Source of the DNA: Vulcanimicrobiota bacterium
GTDB lineage: Bacteria; Vulcanimicrobiota; Vulcanimicrobiia; Vulcanimicrobiales; Vulcanimicrobiaceae
Assembly: GCA_963714015.1 (NCBI GenBank)
Contig: OY970223.1
Location: 1,184,001 to 1,248,000, forward strand
Length of the DNA stretch: 64,000 nt
Direction: 5' to 3'
Position numbers and translations under genes: made by a program. The notes under the pieces were generated by a model, which was not told where the DNA came from, ran no database searches, and was given only the letters and a program-made list of their open reading frames with translations. Positions 1 to 11,763 of the stretch are shown piece after piece (positions within the stretch are counted from its first letter, which is position 1; each line of letters starts with the position of its first letter).

Positions 1-2
1 GC

Positions 3-2453
3 GCCGGCACGGTTGGCTTCGCACTCACTGTTCTCCAACGTCGCCTGGCGTCATCACCTGAGGCGATATACCAATCGTTGCGGCGGCGTCGGGAACGGCT
101 AGAAAAGCGCCTGCGGGAGCTGGAGTTGCTGCAGCGCGGCGCCCATACCGAACTAGCGATTCCCTTCGAGTCCAAGGTGCTCGACGATGATGATATTGAG
201 GATCTCGACGAGGCGCCCGACAACGAGGTCGAGGCCGCCGAAGAACAGATTCTTGATCAAGCGACGGCGGCGCGCACCGGCTCGGAGCTGAAACTAGAAA
301 TTGCGCGATTGCAAGAGCTTGAAAAGCTCGCCGCGGCTGTGCGTCGCAGCGGTGAGGACAAGAAGTGGAGCGAGCTGGCTGCACTGCTTTCGCACGTCTT
401 TGGACCTCGTAGTGGTGTTGAGTCGTCGGTAACTCCGAGCGTGAAGCCGTCGGTGACGCAGAAGATCGTGATCTTCACCGAGCATCGCGACACGCTCAAT
501 TATCTACGAGAGAAGATATCGATGCTGCTCGGGCGTCCGGAAGCTGTGGTCGTGATCCATGGCGGTATGGGCCGCGATGAGCGCTCAAAATCACAGGAGA
601 GTTTTAAGTTCGATCCTGAGGTTCGTGTACTGGTTGCCACCGATGCAGCCGGCGAAGGCATCAATCTTCAGCGTGCGCATCTCATGGTCAACTATGACCT
701 TCCATGGAATCCAAACCGCCTTGAGCAGCGCTTCGGTCGTATTCACCGCATCGGACAAACGGAGGTCTGTCATCTGTGGAACCTTGTCGCCGATGAGACA
801 CGTGAAGGAGATGTCTACCGCACGCTACTCGAGAAACTGGAAAACGCACGGGAAACGTTAGGCGGTCAGGTCTTTGATGTCCTAGGCAAGCTACAATTTG
901 ACGGCAAACCTCTGCGGGAACTGCTTATTGACGCGATTCGCTACGGTGAGCAACCAGAGGTTCGTGCGTACCTTACCAAGGCAATAGAAAACGCGCTCGA
1001 TCGTTCGACGCTGCAGGACTTGCTGGAAGAGCGCGTTCTTGCTCACGATTCTATGGATGCCAGCCGCGTGCATCGCGTTCGCGAGGAAATGGAGAGGGCC
1101 GAAGCTCGTCGGCTTCAACCCCATTACATTGAGTCGTTCTTTCTGGAAGGCTTCAAACACCTGGGCGGCGCCGCAAAGCAACGCGAACCGCGTCGATACG
1201 AAGTAACGCATGTTCCAGCCGCGATCCGCAATCGTGATCGCCTCATTGGCATAGGGGAGGCCGTCCTACCGCGATACGAGCGCATCGCCTTCGACAAGGC
1301 GGTGCTTGCACCGCAAGGTCAAGCGCTCGCAGCATTCGTATGCCCCGGCCATCCGCTGCTCGACTCTACGATTGACTTGGTCCTCGAGCGACACCGCGAC
1401 CTCCTCCGGCGCGGTGCTGTGCTCGTCGATGATCGCGATTCATCGCTGAATCCGAAGATGCTCTTTTTCATTGAGCACGCGCTGCAGGATGCCGAGCAAA
1501 CACGTTCGGGCGAGCGGCGGACGATTTCGAAGCAGATGCTGTACGTCGAACTTGATGCAACGGGCTCGGCTCGGCACGTGCACTATGCACCGTATCTCGA
1601 TTACAGGCCACTTCGAGCCGATGAACCGCCTGTTGATGAAATCCTAACGCGAAGTGAGTGTGCGTGGCTGGCCCGAGGTCTTGAGCAACAAGCTCTCGAC
1701 TATGCCATCGCTCACGTAGTTCCGGAACACTTGTCCGAAGTGCGAAATCGTAAGATTCACCTCTTGGACAAAACGGAAGCCGCTGTCAAAGATCGGCTCA
1801 CTAAGGAGATAAGCTATTGGGATCACCGTGCCGAGGAATTGAAATTGCAAGAGCAGGCAGCGAAATCGACATCGCGCCTAAATTCCGGCGAAGCTCGTAA
1901 GCGCGCCGATGATCTTCAAACACGATTATCGCGTCGTCTCGATGAGATAAAACGCGAGCGACAAATCTCGCCCCTACCGCCCAATATACTTGGCGGTGTT
2001 CTGGTTGTGCCTGCTGGCTTGTTGGCCGCAATGCGCGGCATTTCCGCATTGCGCGACGGTCAAGCGGAGATTGATCGTTTAGCCGTCGCTGCCCGAGCTC
2101 GAGAGGTCGTAATGGATATGGAACGTAACCTTGGCTTCATTCCGGTTGATCGTGAGATTGATAAATTGGGATACGACATCGAAAGCCGCGATCTCTCGAC
2201 GGGGCGCCTCCGCTTTATTGAAGTTAAAGGACGAGCCGAGAGCGCTGATACCGTGACCGTGACGAAGAATGAAATCTTATATTCGCTCAACAAGCCAGAA
2301 GATTTTATCTTGGCCATCGTCGAGTTCAAGAACAGCGGTCACCATGCGCTGCATTACATTCGTCAACCGTTTCATCGTGAGCCAGACTTCGGAGTGACCA
2401 GCGTCAATTACGATTTCGCCGAGCTGCTAAGAAAAGCAAGCGCACCACAATAG
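3..2453 (+). CDS. SNF2-family helicase with C-terminal DUF3883/NOV-like PD-(D/E)xK domain (5' truncated by the window)
   Basis: Frame is open from base 3 (LQRRLASSPEA). Helicase C motifs IFTEHRDT, ATDAAGEGINLQ, YDLPWNPNRLEQRFGRIHRIGQ; C-terminal GYDIES...RFIEVKGR. Confidence 0.92.
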   Translation, partial: AGTVGFALTVLQRRLASSPEAIYQSLRRRRERLEKRLRELELLQRGAHTELAIPFESKVLDDDDIEDLDEAPDNEVEAAEEQILDQATAARTGSELKLEIARLQELEKLAAAVRRSGEDKKWSELAALLSHVFGPRSGVESSVTPSVKPSVTQKIVIFTEHRDTLNYLREKISMLLGRPEAVVVIHGGMGRDERSKSQESFKFDPEVRVLVATDAAGEGINLQRAHLMVNYDLPWNPNRLEQRFGRIHRIGQTEVCHLWNLVADETREGDVYRTLLEKLENARETLGGQVFDVLGKLQFDGKPLRELLIDAIRYGEQPEVRAYLTKAIENALDRSTLQDLLEERVLAHDSMDASRVHRVREEMERAEARRLQPHYIESFFLEGFKHLGGAAKQREPRRYEVTHVPAAIRNRDRLIGIGEAVLPRYERIAFDKAVLAPQGQALAAFVCPGHPLLDSTIDLVLERHRDLLRRGAVLVDDRDSSLNPKMLFFIEHALQDAEQTRSGERRTISKQMLYVELDATGSARHVHYAPYLDYRPLRADEPPVDEILTRSECAWLARGLEQQALDYAIAHVVPEHLSEVRNRKIHLLDKTEAAVKDRLTKEISYWDHRAEELKLQEQAAKSTSRLNSGEARKRADDLQTRLSRRLDEIKRERQISPLPPNILGGVLVVPAGLLAAMRGISALRDGQAEIDRLAVAARAREVVMDMERNLGFIPVDREIDKLGYDIESRDLSTGRLRFIEVKGRAESADTVTVTKNEILYSLNKPEDFILAIVEFKNSGHHALHYIRQPFHREPDFGVTSVNYDFAELLRKASAPQ

Positions 2454-2471
2454 GGCCCTTCTGAGAAAATT

Positions 2472-5356
2472 ATGGAAGCCGTAATCCCAAAAAAGAAGCT
2501 GATTGAAGTGGCATTGCCACTTGATGATATCAATAAGGCGTGTGTGCGCGAGAAGTCCATTAGGCGCGGCCACCCATCAACGCTGCATCTGTGGTGGGCG
2601 AGACGTCCTCTTGCGGCTGCGCGCGCCATAATCTTTGCGCAGATGGTCGATGACCCATCCGAGCACCCAGAGATGTTCGCAACGGAGGGAGAGCAAGAAC
2701 GCGAGCGTGAGAGGCTTTTTGGAATTCTTCGCAGGTTGGTTTCTTGGGAAAGCACCGCCGATGAGGATATTTTAGGCGAGGCGCGCGCCGAGATCTTGAA
2801 AGCCTGGCGTCTAACGTGCGCTGAAAATCAAAGCCACCCGCGGGCGTCTGAGCTGTTTGATCCTAAAGAGTTGCCGGCCTTTTACGATCCGTTCGCTGGC
2901 GGAGGTTCACTGTCGTTGGAAGCGCAGCGTCTAGGCCTTGTGTCAATTGCATCAGACTTGAATCCCGTGGCTGTGCTGATCAATAAGGCGATGATAGAAT
3001 TGCCGGCGTGTTTCTGTGGATGCACACCAGTTAATCCGGCTATCGCCACAGATCGGCAGTTGGTTAGGCAAAGTTGGAAGAGAGCAAGCGGCCTTGCGGA
3101 GGACGTTCGTTACTATGGCCGCTGGATTCGCGATGAGGCAGAACATCGGATCGGACGATTTTATCCAGATATTTCTATATCATCTACCATGGCGGAAGAG
3201 CGTCCAGACTTAAAACCGCTCGTAGGAACAAAAGCAAAGGTAATTGCGTGGCTTTGGGCACGCACAGTGAAAAGCCCGAATCCAGCGTTCGCTTCCGTCA
3301 ATGTCCCCCTCATTTCCACGTATATGCTTGCGACTAAACCTGGGACTGAAGCGTATATTGAGCCGCGACTTTCCGGCGAAAGTTTCGAATTTTCTGTGAA
3401 AATGGGTGTGCCGGCGAATCTAGAGGACGCTTCGTGTGGTACGAAGGCTGAAAAGCGCAGCGGGTTTCGCTGTATTTTATCTGGTGCCCCAATAACGTTC
3501 GAATACATTCGCGGTGAAGCGGCGGGCGGAAGAATGTCGACACGTCTAGTCGCCGTCATTGCTGAGTCACGACAGGGCCGTATTTTCCTATCCGCTGACG
3601 ATGATATGGAAAGGCTGGCACGAACTGCGGAACCGACCTGGGTGCCGGACAGCGCGACGGCGGGGAAATGCCGCGTAAACATCGGCCTTTACGGGATGAC
3701 GACGTGGGACACGCTCTTCACCGCTCGCCAGACTTGTTGCATTGACGACTTTCGCCGATCTTGTTGAGGAAGTTCGGAATACGATTATTTCGGATGCCAT
3801 AGCGAGCGAAGGTGATCGCGGACCACGTCAGATCGACGCTGAAGCGTACGCTAACGCCGTCTGTGTGTATCTAGCGTTCGCAATAAGTCGTATGGCGGAT
3901 CGTCACTCCACTTTGTGCCGGTGGGATCCCAATCCGAGTGGTTATGCGCCGAAAATTGCAAATACGTTCGGCCGACAAGCGCTTCCGATGGTATGGGATT
4001 TTGTAGAAGGCAATCCCTTTAGTCCGTCTTCCGGTAATTTTATCGACGCCATTGAGTGGATTGTGGATGTTATGAAGACATCGCTGCCGGCCCAACCAAA
4101 AGGTGTCGCAGAAATGGCTGATGCGCGCGTGCAACGGTTGAGCGTCGACAAAGTGGTTAGCACAGACCCGCCATACTTCGATAACATCGAGTATGCTGAT
4201 TTGTCTGATTTCTTCTATGTCTGGTTGCGTCACGCACTGCGGAGTAGTCAGGCGGCGTTGCTTAAGACAATTGCGACGCCGAAGGAGGCGGAACTTGTTG
4301 GGACCGCGCAACGGCACGGCAGCAAGGCGAAAGCCGAGCGGTTTTTCTTGGATGGAATGACCGAGGCCATGAGTCGACTCGTGGAAACCTCACACCCGGC
4401 ATTCCCCGTCACGATCTATTACGCGTTCAAGCAGTCCACGACGTCAGAGAATGGTACTGCCAGTACGGGTTGGGAGACGTTTCTCGAAGCCGTTATTAGG
4501 GCTGGATTTGCGATCACCGGAACATGGCCGGTGCGCACAGAGTTACCGAACAGAATGATTGGCAAGGGTGCCAATGCTCTTGCCTCCTCGATTGTCCTGA
4601 CTTGCCGTCCACTCGTGAAGGATAGGGCAAGCGCTACGCGACGCCAATTTTTGAATGAACTGTCGGCGGAACTGCCCGTAGGCTGTCGCGCATTTGCAGC
4701 GCGGCAATATTGCGCCAGTTGATTTAGCGCAGGCCGCGATCGGCCCAGGAATGGCTGTGTTCACACGTTACGCGAAGATCATTGATGCGGATGGCCGTGC
4801 CTTGTCGATCCGAGAAGCGCTAGCGCTCATCAATGAGGTTCTTGACGAAGCGCTTGCTCAACAGGAGGGCGATTTCGATGCAGAAAGCCGCTTTGCCATT
4901 GCATGGTTTGAGCAATCCGGTTTTGAAGCCGGCGAATTTGGTGTTGCGGATGTCCTTGCGCGGGCTAAGGTTACAGCTGTATCGCAACTGGTCGACGCAC
5001 ATATTGCGGAATCGCGTCACGGAAAATTCCGGCTCTTAAGACCGGACGAATTCTCGCCGGAACGGGACGTAATCGATTCAAGAACAAGTGCGTGGAAATT
5101 AACGCATCGGCTTATCAATACGTTGAGCACGGGGGGAGAAAGCGCTGCCGCTTTCACCGTGGCACAAGTTGGCGCCGTAGCCGACATTGCGCGTGAACTC
5201 GCGTACCGGCTCTACACGATAGCAGAGCGAAAAAAACGCGCTTCTGACGCTCTGTCATATAACGCGCTTGTGCAAAGTTGGCCCGAGATTATGCACCTTT
5301 CGCGTGATGGTTCGTCGAGAACTGACCATCCTACCCTGTTTGGAGACCAGGAATAA
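2472..5356 (+). CDS. DUF1156-family adenine DNA methyltransferase (frameshifts near 3730 and 4680, probably sequencing errors)
   Basis: N-terminal KKLIEVALPL...LHLWWARRPLAAARA, SAM-binding DPFAGGGS, catalytic TDPPY. Three consecutive ORFs (2472-3767, 3742-4722, 4694-5356) join into one protein. Confidence 0.9.
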
Positions 5357-8300
5357 TGGCAATTACGAATGCGGAACGCGTCGGCAAGGCACTGGATCTT
5401 CTACAGACGGGCTCCGTCCATACGTTGAGCGCGAACTCCGAGCGCGTTACCCTGGAACATGGGCGACTGAAGTTAAAATATGCCTCAATGACACTCGATT
5501 AGGCGCCGGCACGACGAACGGCACGATGCAAGATCCCGCAGCGTTGCTTGTTGTCATGGATAGGAAATGGGGCGAAGTGTTTCGGGAAACGCTCGGAAAG
5601 GCCGAACGGAGTCTCGTAAATGAAATCATAGACATACGAAACCGCTGGGCGCATAAAGAGGCATTTTCCGGAGACGATGCTGATCGCGCGCTGGACTCGG
5701 TAGGTCGGCTACTAACCGCCGTCTCCGCTACGGAAGCCGATGAAGTTAACAAGATGAAGATGGAGCTTCGTCGCACGATTTTCGATGAGCAGATGCGCCG
5801 CGAGAAACGCAAGGGCGCTAGTTCGCTGATCGAGACGGCAGCGTCAACGAACATCAAGCCGTGGCGCGAAGTAATGACGCCGCACAAGGACGTTGCTAGC
5901 GGCAATTATCAGCAGGCCGAATTTGCAGCAGATCTATGGCAAGTCGCGTCTGGCGAGGCAGCACGAGTACCAAAGCCGGTGGAGTTCTTCCGCCGCACGT
6001 ATTTAACTGAGAGTCTAAAGCAACTCCTCGGTAATGGCATAAAGCGTCTTTCAGGTAGGGTGGCGACCCTGTAGTTCAACTGCAGACCAATTTCGGTGGC
6101 GGCAAGACGCACTCGATGTTAGCGCTCTATCATCTGTTCTCGGGCGAGAAGGCCGGCGATTCCTTGGCATCGACACGGTCTTGGCGCAAGCTGGAATCGC
6201 AACCATTCCCCACAATGTAAAGCGCGTGGTGATCGTCGGCAATAAGATCTCGCCAGGAAACCCAAGTGTAAAAGCGGATGGCACGATTGTTCGAACCCTA
6301 TGGGGCGAACTCGCTTGGCAACTCGGAGGCAAAGATGCGTACCAGCGCATCGAGGCAGATGATGAGCGCGCAACCAGTCCCGGCGATATGCTGCGGGCGT
6401 TGTTCAACGAATATGGCCCGTGTCTAATCCTTATCGATGAGTGGGTAGCCTATGCGCGTCAACTTCACGATGATACGGAGTTGCCCGGCGGCAACTTCGA
6501 AACCCAGTTCACGTTTGCGCAGGCGTTGACGGAGTCAGCGAAGGCTGCTAAACAGTGTTTGCTTGTCGTCATCCTTCCGGCTTCGGACGCTGCCGCATCT
6601 CCTCACACTCAAGCGGATGATGTAGAGGTGGGCGGCGTCCGTGGTCGTGCCGCCTTAGACCGTCTGCAAAACGCCATCGGCCGCGTTGAGGCTGCTTGGG
6701 GACCAGCGACAGCTGAAGAGGGCTTTGAGATTGTCCGCCGCCGCCTGTTCGAACCGCTCGCTGACCAAGGAGCAGTTTGTTGCTCGAGACCTTGTCGCGC
6801 GCGAATTCGCAGACATGTATCGCTCGCAGCAACAAGAATTTCCGCCCGAGTGCCGCGGCGCCGAATACGAGAAACGTATTAAAGCAGCGTATCCTATTCA
6901 TCCGGAAATATTCGAACGGCTTTACACTGATTGGTCGACGTTAATCCGTTTCCAGCGCACGCGCGGCGTACTGCGCCTTATGGCTGCAGTTATTCACAGT
7001 CTATGGATGAATAACGATCGAAACCCGTTGATTCTTCCCGCCACGATTCCCATCGATGATCCTCGCGTGCGTGACGAACTTACCAGATACTTACCCGACA
7101 CATGGAAGCCGATTATCGAGAAGGACGTTGACGGGCCGAACGCACTACCACTTCTGATCGACTCCGAGCTTCCGAATCTCGGAAAGTATGCCGCATGTCG
7201 GCGCGTCGCACGCACGATTTACTTAGGGTCTGCCCCGACGTCGGATGCTGCGCATAGAGGGCTTGAGGATCGTCGTGTGCGGCTGGGATGCGTTATGCCG
7301 GGAGAATCGCCAGCAATATTTGGGGACGCACTTCGACGCCTTGCAGCTCATCAGCCACGTACCTCTATCAAGACGGACCCCGTTACTGGTATTCCACACA
7401 GCCGACTGTAACAAAAGTCGCGGACGATCGCGCTGAGCAGTCGAAGCGTGACTCCGACAAGGTGGTTGCCGAACTAAAACGGCGCCTCGACTTGGATTTG
7501 AGGGAGAAGGGCGCATTTCAGCGGGTTCACGCGTTGCCGACATCCGGCGCGGATGTTCGCGACGACATGAGTGCGGCTCTCGTCGTGCTTGGACCCGAAT
7601 ATCCTTACACGAAGGATTCTGGAAATAAGGCGGAGGCTGCCGCGAAAGCAATACTGGAGTCGCGCGGCGGCGGACCGCGACTCTTTGCTAATTCGCTTGT
7701 GTTTCTCGCTGTAGATGAGGCACGTCTTCAAGACCTTGACGAGGCTATTCGTCGATTTTTGGCTTGGGACTCCGTTGTGGCGGACACGCGTTCGCTCAAT
7801 CTTGATCACCAGCAACATACGCAGGCGGAAAATCAAAGAAAATCCGCCGATAGCGCCGTTGCTTCGCGGATTCCAGAGGCATATCAGTGGCTACTCGTTC
7901 CGGTCCAGCAAACGCCCCAATCGTCGGTGGAACTGCAGGGCCTTCGTCTAACATCACAAGGCGCACTTGCAGCTCGTACATCGGATCGACTTCGCAAGGA
8001 AGAAATGCTCGTTGCTTCGTTCGCAGGGACACGCCTTAGGATGGAACTTGACAAGATTCCACTTTGGCGCGGCGACTACGTTGAAATTGCTCAATTAATC
8101 GAGGATTTCGCGCGGTACATTTACCTACCGAGATTGACGATGCCACCGCAGGTTATTGGCGGAGCCGTTAGAGATGGTCTAGGGCTGCTTCTTTGGAATC
8201 ACGAGTCCTTCGCGTATGCAGATAGCTACGATGAGCAGGCCGGTCGTTTTCGCGGTTTGCGGGCAGGACCGGCAGAAACTGCGAGCGTGGACTGTAACAC

Positions 8301-8697
8301 AGGACTGTTGATAAAGCCGGAAGTTGCTGAGCGTCAGCGCGCGGCCGAACCGCCTGCAGCACCCGGAGGAGCCGGTAGTGGTCCCTCAGGCGGAGTTACA
8401 CCGCCTGCCGCAGGCACTGCTGGATCTATTGCCGGAAACGGTGAGCCACTGTCCCGGCAACTACCGACGCGATTTCACGGGTCGGTGCAGCTCGACGCGA
8501 CACGTGTAGGGCGTGACGCCGGCCGGATCGCGGAAGAAGTGATTACTCACCTAGCCGGCCTAGTTGGAGCGCAAGTCACCGTCACGCTCGATATTCAGAC
8601 TACCGTATCGGATGGTGTTCCCGATAATGTAGTGCGTGTTGTGACCGAAAACGGGCGTGCGTTGAAGTTCCAGAGCCAAGGCTTCGAGGAAAGCTGA
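5356..8697 (+). CDS. Swt1-like HEPN + DUF499 AAA+ ATPase (several frameshifts)
   Basis: ATG overlaps the methylase stop (TAATG) and reads [20 protein letters not shown] motif RNRWAH, KPWREV..PH.DV, EFAADL, Walker [11 protein letters not shown] (~6083-6112), Walker [17 protein letters not shown]. Confidence 0.88.
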
Positions 8698-8738
8698 CAG
8701 TACGTGTATTCCATTTGACCAACGGCTGTTAGAAACGA

Positions 8739-9167
8739 ATGTTGCGTTGCCTTTCCATTCGCCCGCCTTGGTCGCTTGTTGTTGCCGATGGACGCAAGAC
8801 GATCGAAAATCGGTCGAGGCGGACGCGCTTGCGGGAACGGATTCTGATTCATTCAGGGACAAAATACGTTGATGATGCGGAAGACTTCATCCGCAATGCC
8901 TGCCGAAAACTGCGCCTACCAATTCCGTCGATCGAAGAACTTCGTACGACTCCGCGCGGCGCGATCATCGGTGCTGCAACGATTGTCGATTGCTTAGATT
9001 TGGACGATGTGCCGAAGGGACGACAACCGTGGGCTCTGGGGCCGTACTGTTACATTCTTGAAGACGCGGAACTCTTCAAAAAACCAATCCCCTATCGCGG
9101 CGTCCTGGGTTTCTTTAACGTCGAGGACGAAGTTGTTCGGCGGGCGCTAAGCAGCGTTCGCCGCTAA
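8739..9167 (+). CDS. ASCH (PUA-like) domain protein
   Basis: LSIRPPW...GRKTIENRS..T..R..ILIH and GAIIG...IVDC..., P.PYRG.LGFF motifs typical of ASCH. Confidence 0.88.
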   Translation: MLRCLSIRPPWSLVVADGRKTIENRSRRTRLRERILIHSGTKYVDDAEDFIRNACRKLRLPIPSIEELRTTPRGAIIGAATIVDCLDLDDVPKGRQPWALGPYCYILEDAELFKKPIPYRGVLGFFNVEDEVVRRALSSVRR

Positions 9168-9272
9168 ACTTGCTGGCGCTGTGCGACCGGTGAGTCGGAC
9201 GTCGCTGCAGCCCTTTCAGCGTACTGATGCTCGACACCAGCACGCGTAATCGTAACAAGGAGGTTTTGAATA

Positions 9273-9662
9273 ATGGAGTCTTTTCTTACGCTAGGTCGCG
9301 TTGCATCATTTGCGGGTAAACCGGAGCCAGGCGGATATAAGATCTATCTGACCGATGGTCGCAGTCAATGGGTCGAGTTAGGCGGCGGTGGCGCAGTGGG
9401 CAATCCCCACGGGCTGCTTCGCCAACGGCAACGTGGACTCGACACCGCGGAGAATGCTTGGGACTTCGCCCACGAGTTCCTTATCTCGCATCCCGAGGTC
9501 TCGCGGAATCCGCTTAAGTTCCATCGCCTGTATTCGTACGCGGCGAGCGGTGAACTATATTTCGACCGTTCCGTTTCGATAACGACGTTTCTATCGCGCA
9601 GGCGCCAAGGTACGCTGGAAGCGGAAAACCGCGCCTTGGTGGAAGGCAAAACTGCAACCTAA
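9273..9662 (+). CDS. Hypothetical protein, 129 aa
   Basis: Strong RBS AAGGAGG ~9 nt upstream of the ATG; no recognised domain. Confidence 0.65.
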   Translation: MESFLTLGRVASFAGKPEPGGYKIYLTDGRSQWVELGGGGAVGNPHGLLRQRQRGLDTAENAWDFAHEFLISHPEVSRNPLKFHRLYSYAASGELYFDRSVSITTFLSRRRQGTLEAENRALVEGKTAT

Positions 9663-9707
9663 GCGCGCTTTGTGCGGAACGGGGTGCGTAAACTTCGGTG
9701 AAGCACC

Positions 9708-10889
9708 TCATTCATCGTCTTCATCACTCCACGGTGCCCCGGATGGATCTGCCAGATTTGTCAGATGGTGCATACCGTTGCCGGATGGCACCAGCGCAAA
9801 TTGCCGTGCGTCTATCATAGCGAGGGTATCCGGTGCTAGCGGTGTGCGCGCAAACGGGTTAAAGAAGATGTCGAAGTGAGGATACCGCTCGCTGTGTGAG
9901 AAGCGGCGGTTGTAGTAGGCCACAGCGCTGATTCGCCGGCGATGGCGAGGTGAGAAGACGCCATCGGGATTGCGCACCGGCACTGCCATGCCATCGACTA
10001 TTACAAATTGGTTACTTGTTCCGAAGCACGCCTCACGTAAGTCATCGACATCGAGCCACTCGGACTCTGACGCGTCAATAACGATAACTCCGGCTCCATC
10101 GGGTGGTAGTTGCGGCACGGCGGAGCAAATCTTTTCGTAGACGCGTTCCGCGCCTTCGTTCTCGAATACGAAACCGTGTTCCATCGTCCCGATGTAGCCT
10201 TTACCTGGCGAGTTGCGACTTTTTACGGATATCTGTATGCCGGCGACTTCGAACCTGTACGGTACGCGCATTCCCTTGCGGTGCAACGTGATGATCCGCT
10301 GGCGGATTTCTTTGATCGTAAGGTCAATATTGATGTCATCATCAACAGCGACGTCTTCAACGTTAATCATGAACGGGTGCTTAAGGCCATCTAGGCGATC
10401 CTGAAACTTGTGGAGCACCTGGCTACTGAGACGCACGCGTTCAATGTCCAGCACCGTCTTGACTTCCCAGAACGTACGCGGCGCCGTGTCGGCGGAAAAC
10501 TCGCAGTGTCTTAGCCCATCGTCGGGTGGGAAATCGATGCGGACGCCTGCCCTTACGAATCGGGCCATCATATCTAGCTCTACTCGTGCCGTCTCAATCT
10601 CGGTGCTAGTCCTGCAGCGCAGGCGGCCTTCGAACCGCTGCCACGCGCGCTCACCGAGAACGTCTAGATTCGATATGATCTCGTTCCAGAAGTTTGCCGT
10701 GTACTCGTCAGCCGGCTCTTGGACGAGGGGCCATAGTAGAGTGTTTACGCTCGTCGCTTTGGAGGTTAGGTCGTCTATAAAATCATCGCTGTAAATCCGC
10801 CCTAGCGAAGGAAACCGTGCGAGGGTCGCTTGCGCCTTTTCATAAAGCTCTGCTTTTGGAGTCTGACGGAGTTTGAAAATACTTGGCAT
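9708..10889 (-). CDS. Hypothetical protein with a possible PD-(D/E)xK restriction-endonuclease-like fold
   Basis: 393-aa ORF with E...(RH)CEF...WEVKT and C-terminal NPFARTPL pattern. Confidence 0.6.
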   Translation of the reverse strand: MPSIFKLRQTPKAELYEKAQATLARFPSLGRIYSDDFIDDLTSKATSVNTLLWPLVQEPADEYTANFWNEIISNLDVLGERAWQRFEGRLRCRTSTEIETARVELDMMARFVRAGVRIDFPPDDGLRHCEFSADTAPRTFWEVKTVLDIERVRLSSQVLHKFQDRLDGLKHPFMINVEDVAVDDDINIDLTIKEIRQRIITLHRKGMRVPYRFEVAGIQISVKSRNSPGKGYIGTMEHGFVFENEGAERVYEKICSAVPQLPPDGAGVIVIDASESEWLDVDDLREACFGTSNQFVIVDGMAVPVRNPDGVFSPRHRRRISAVAYYNRRFSHSERYPHFDIFFNPFARTPLAPDTLAMIDARQFALVPSGNGMHHLTNLADPSGAPWSDEDDE

Positions 10890-10963
10890 GTCACGATCCT
10901 TAAGAACCTTTGTGGACTGTATTGGATGTCCTCAAATTCGTCTGTGCAGGCGGCGACTCGCAC

Positions 10964-11560
10964 TTACGGTTCAACGTCTGGTGCGACAGCAACCGCGAAA
11001 ACCCGCAAGTTGTGATGCGCTGGCAAGCGCGCGGCATGCACAATCGTGACGCAAAGGCCTTGCGTGAGAGCGGCACGGTTGCGCAACGTGGCTGATTGTT
11101 CGGAAAGCAGTGCCGCGTCAACGATGCACTGAGTTCCAGATACGGCGCCGTAGAAGCCCATTTTCGTCCGAAGCGCCGAGCGTTCAAAGTATCCATGCAT
11201 TTCGTCGTCAGTGACGTAGACGACGTACCGCAGGCGGTACTGCTCCGGAAGCGCCGCCATCCGAACAAAGTCATGGATGAGTGCGCCCGCTTTCATGGGC
11301 ATCGGCGCGTTCATCTTCGCGCGTCGATCGTACTTGAATTCAATCGCCAGCAGCGCACCGTCGGAGCCGATCGGCGCAACGAGATCTACACGCTTGCCGC
11401 TAATCGTGGGATGGGGCGCCTCCACGACGATTTGTGCTGGCGATATGGTTTCGCTGAGTGCATGGAAGAGGGTGTAGCGGACGCTGTCCTCCGTAGTAAA
11501 GGTCCCACGTTCAAAGCGGTCGTGTAAGTATGACGCAAATCGCTCGAAGACCTCGTTCAT
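10964..11560 (-). CDS. PD-(D/E)xK nuclease-like protein
   Basis: TEDSVR...VEAPHP...KRVDLV...AIEFKY fits the E...D...ExK arrangement. Confidence 0.7.
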   Translation of the reverse strand: MNEVFERFASYLHDRFERGTFTTEDSVRYTLFHALSETISPAQIVVEAPHPTISGKRVDLVAPIGSDGALLAIEFKYDRRAKMNAPMPMKAGALIHDFVRMAALPEQYRLRYVVYVTDDEMHGYFERSALRTKMGFYGAVSGTQCIVDAALLSEQSATLRNRAALTQGLCVTIVHAARLPAHHNLRVFAVAVAPDVEP

Positions 11561-11718
11561 GCCTTATTTTTACCGCTACGCGTCGATTCCGAACCATTAG
11601 CGCGTCTTCGAGTCGGCGGCTTGCTCCGTTTTGCGACATGAGATTCACACACACAACTTGGCGGCAGCGCAGACTCGCGGAGCGCCTTGGCACGCCTTAA
11701 GGTGTTTCGGTAAACCGA

Positions 11719-11763
11719 TGGTGGCGGTGGACTTCATGACACGTATGAAGTCCACCACCACCA
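11719..11763. repeat. 19-bp inverted repeat (1 mismatch, 7-nt loop) overlapping the ATG at 11745
   Basis: TGGTGGCGGTGGACTTCAT-gacacgt-ATGAAGTCCACCACCACCA. Confidence 0.9.

Noticed and set aside
9171..9242. Hammerhead ribozyme (CTGATG present)
   Set aside because: The core reads CUGAUGC rather than CUGAUGA, and no properly placed GAAA is present.
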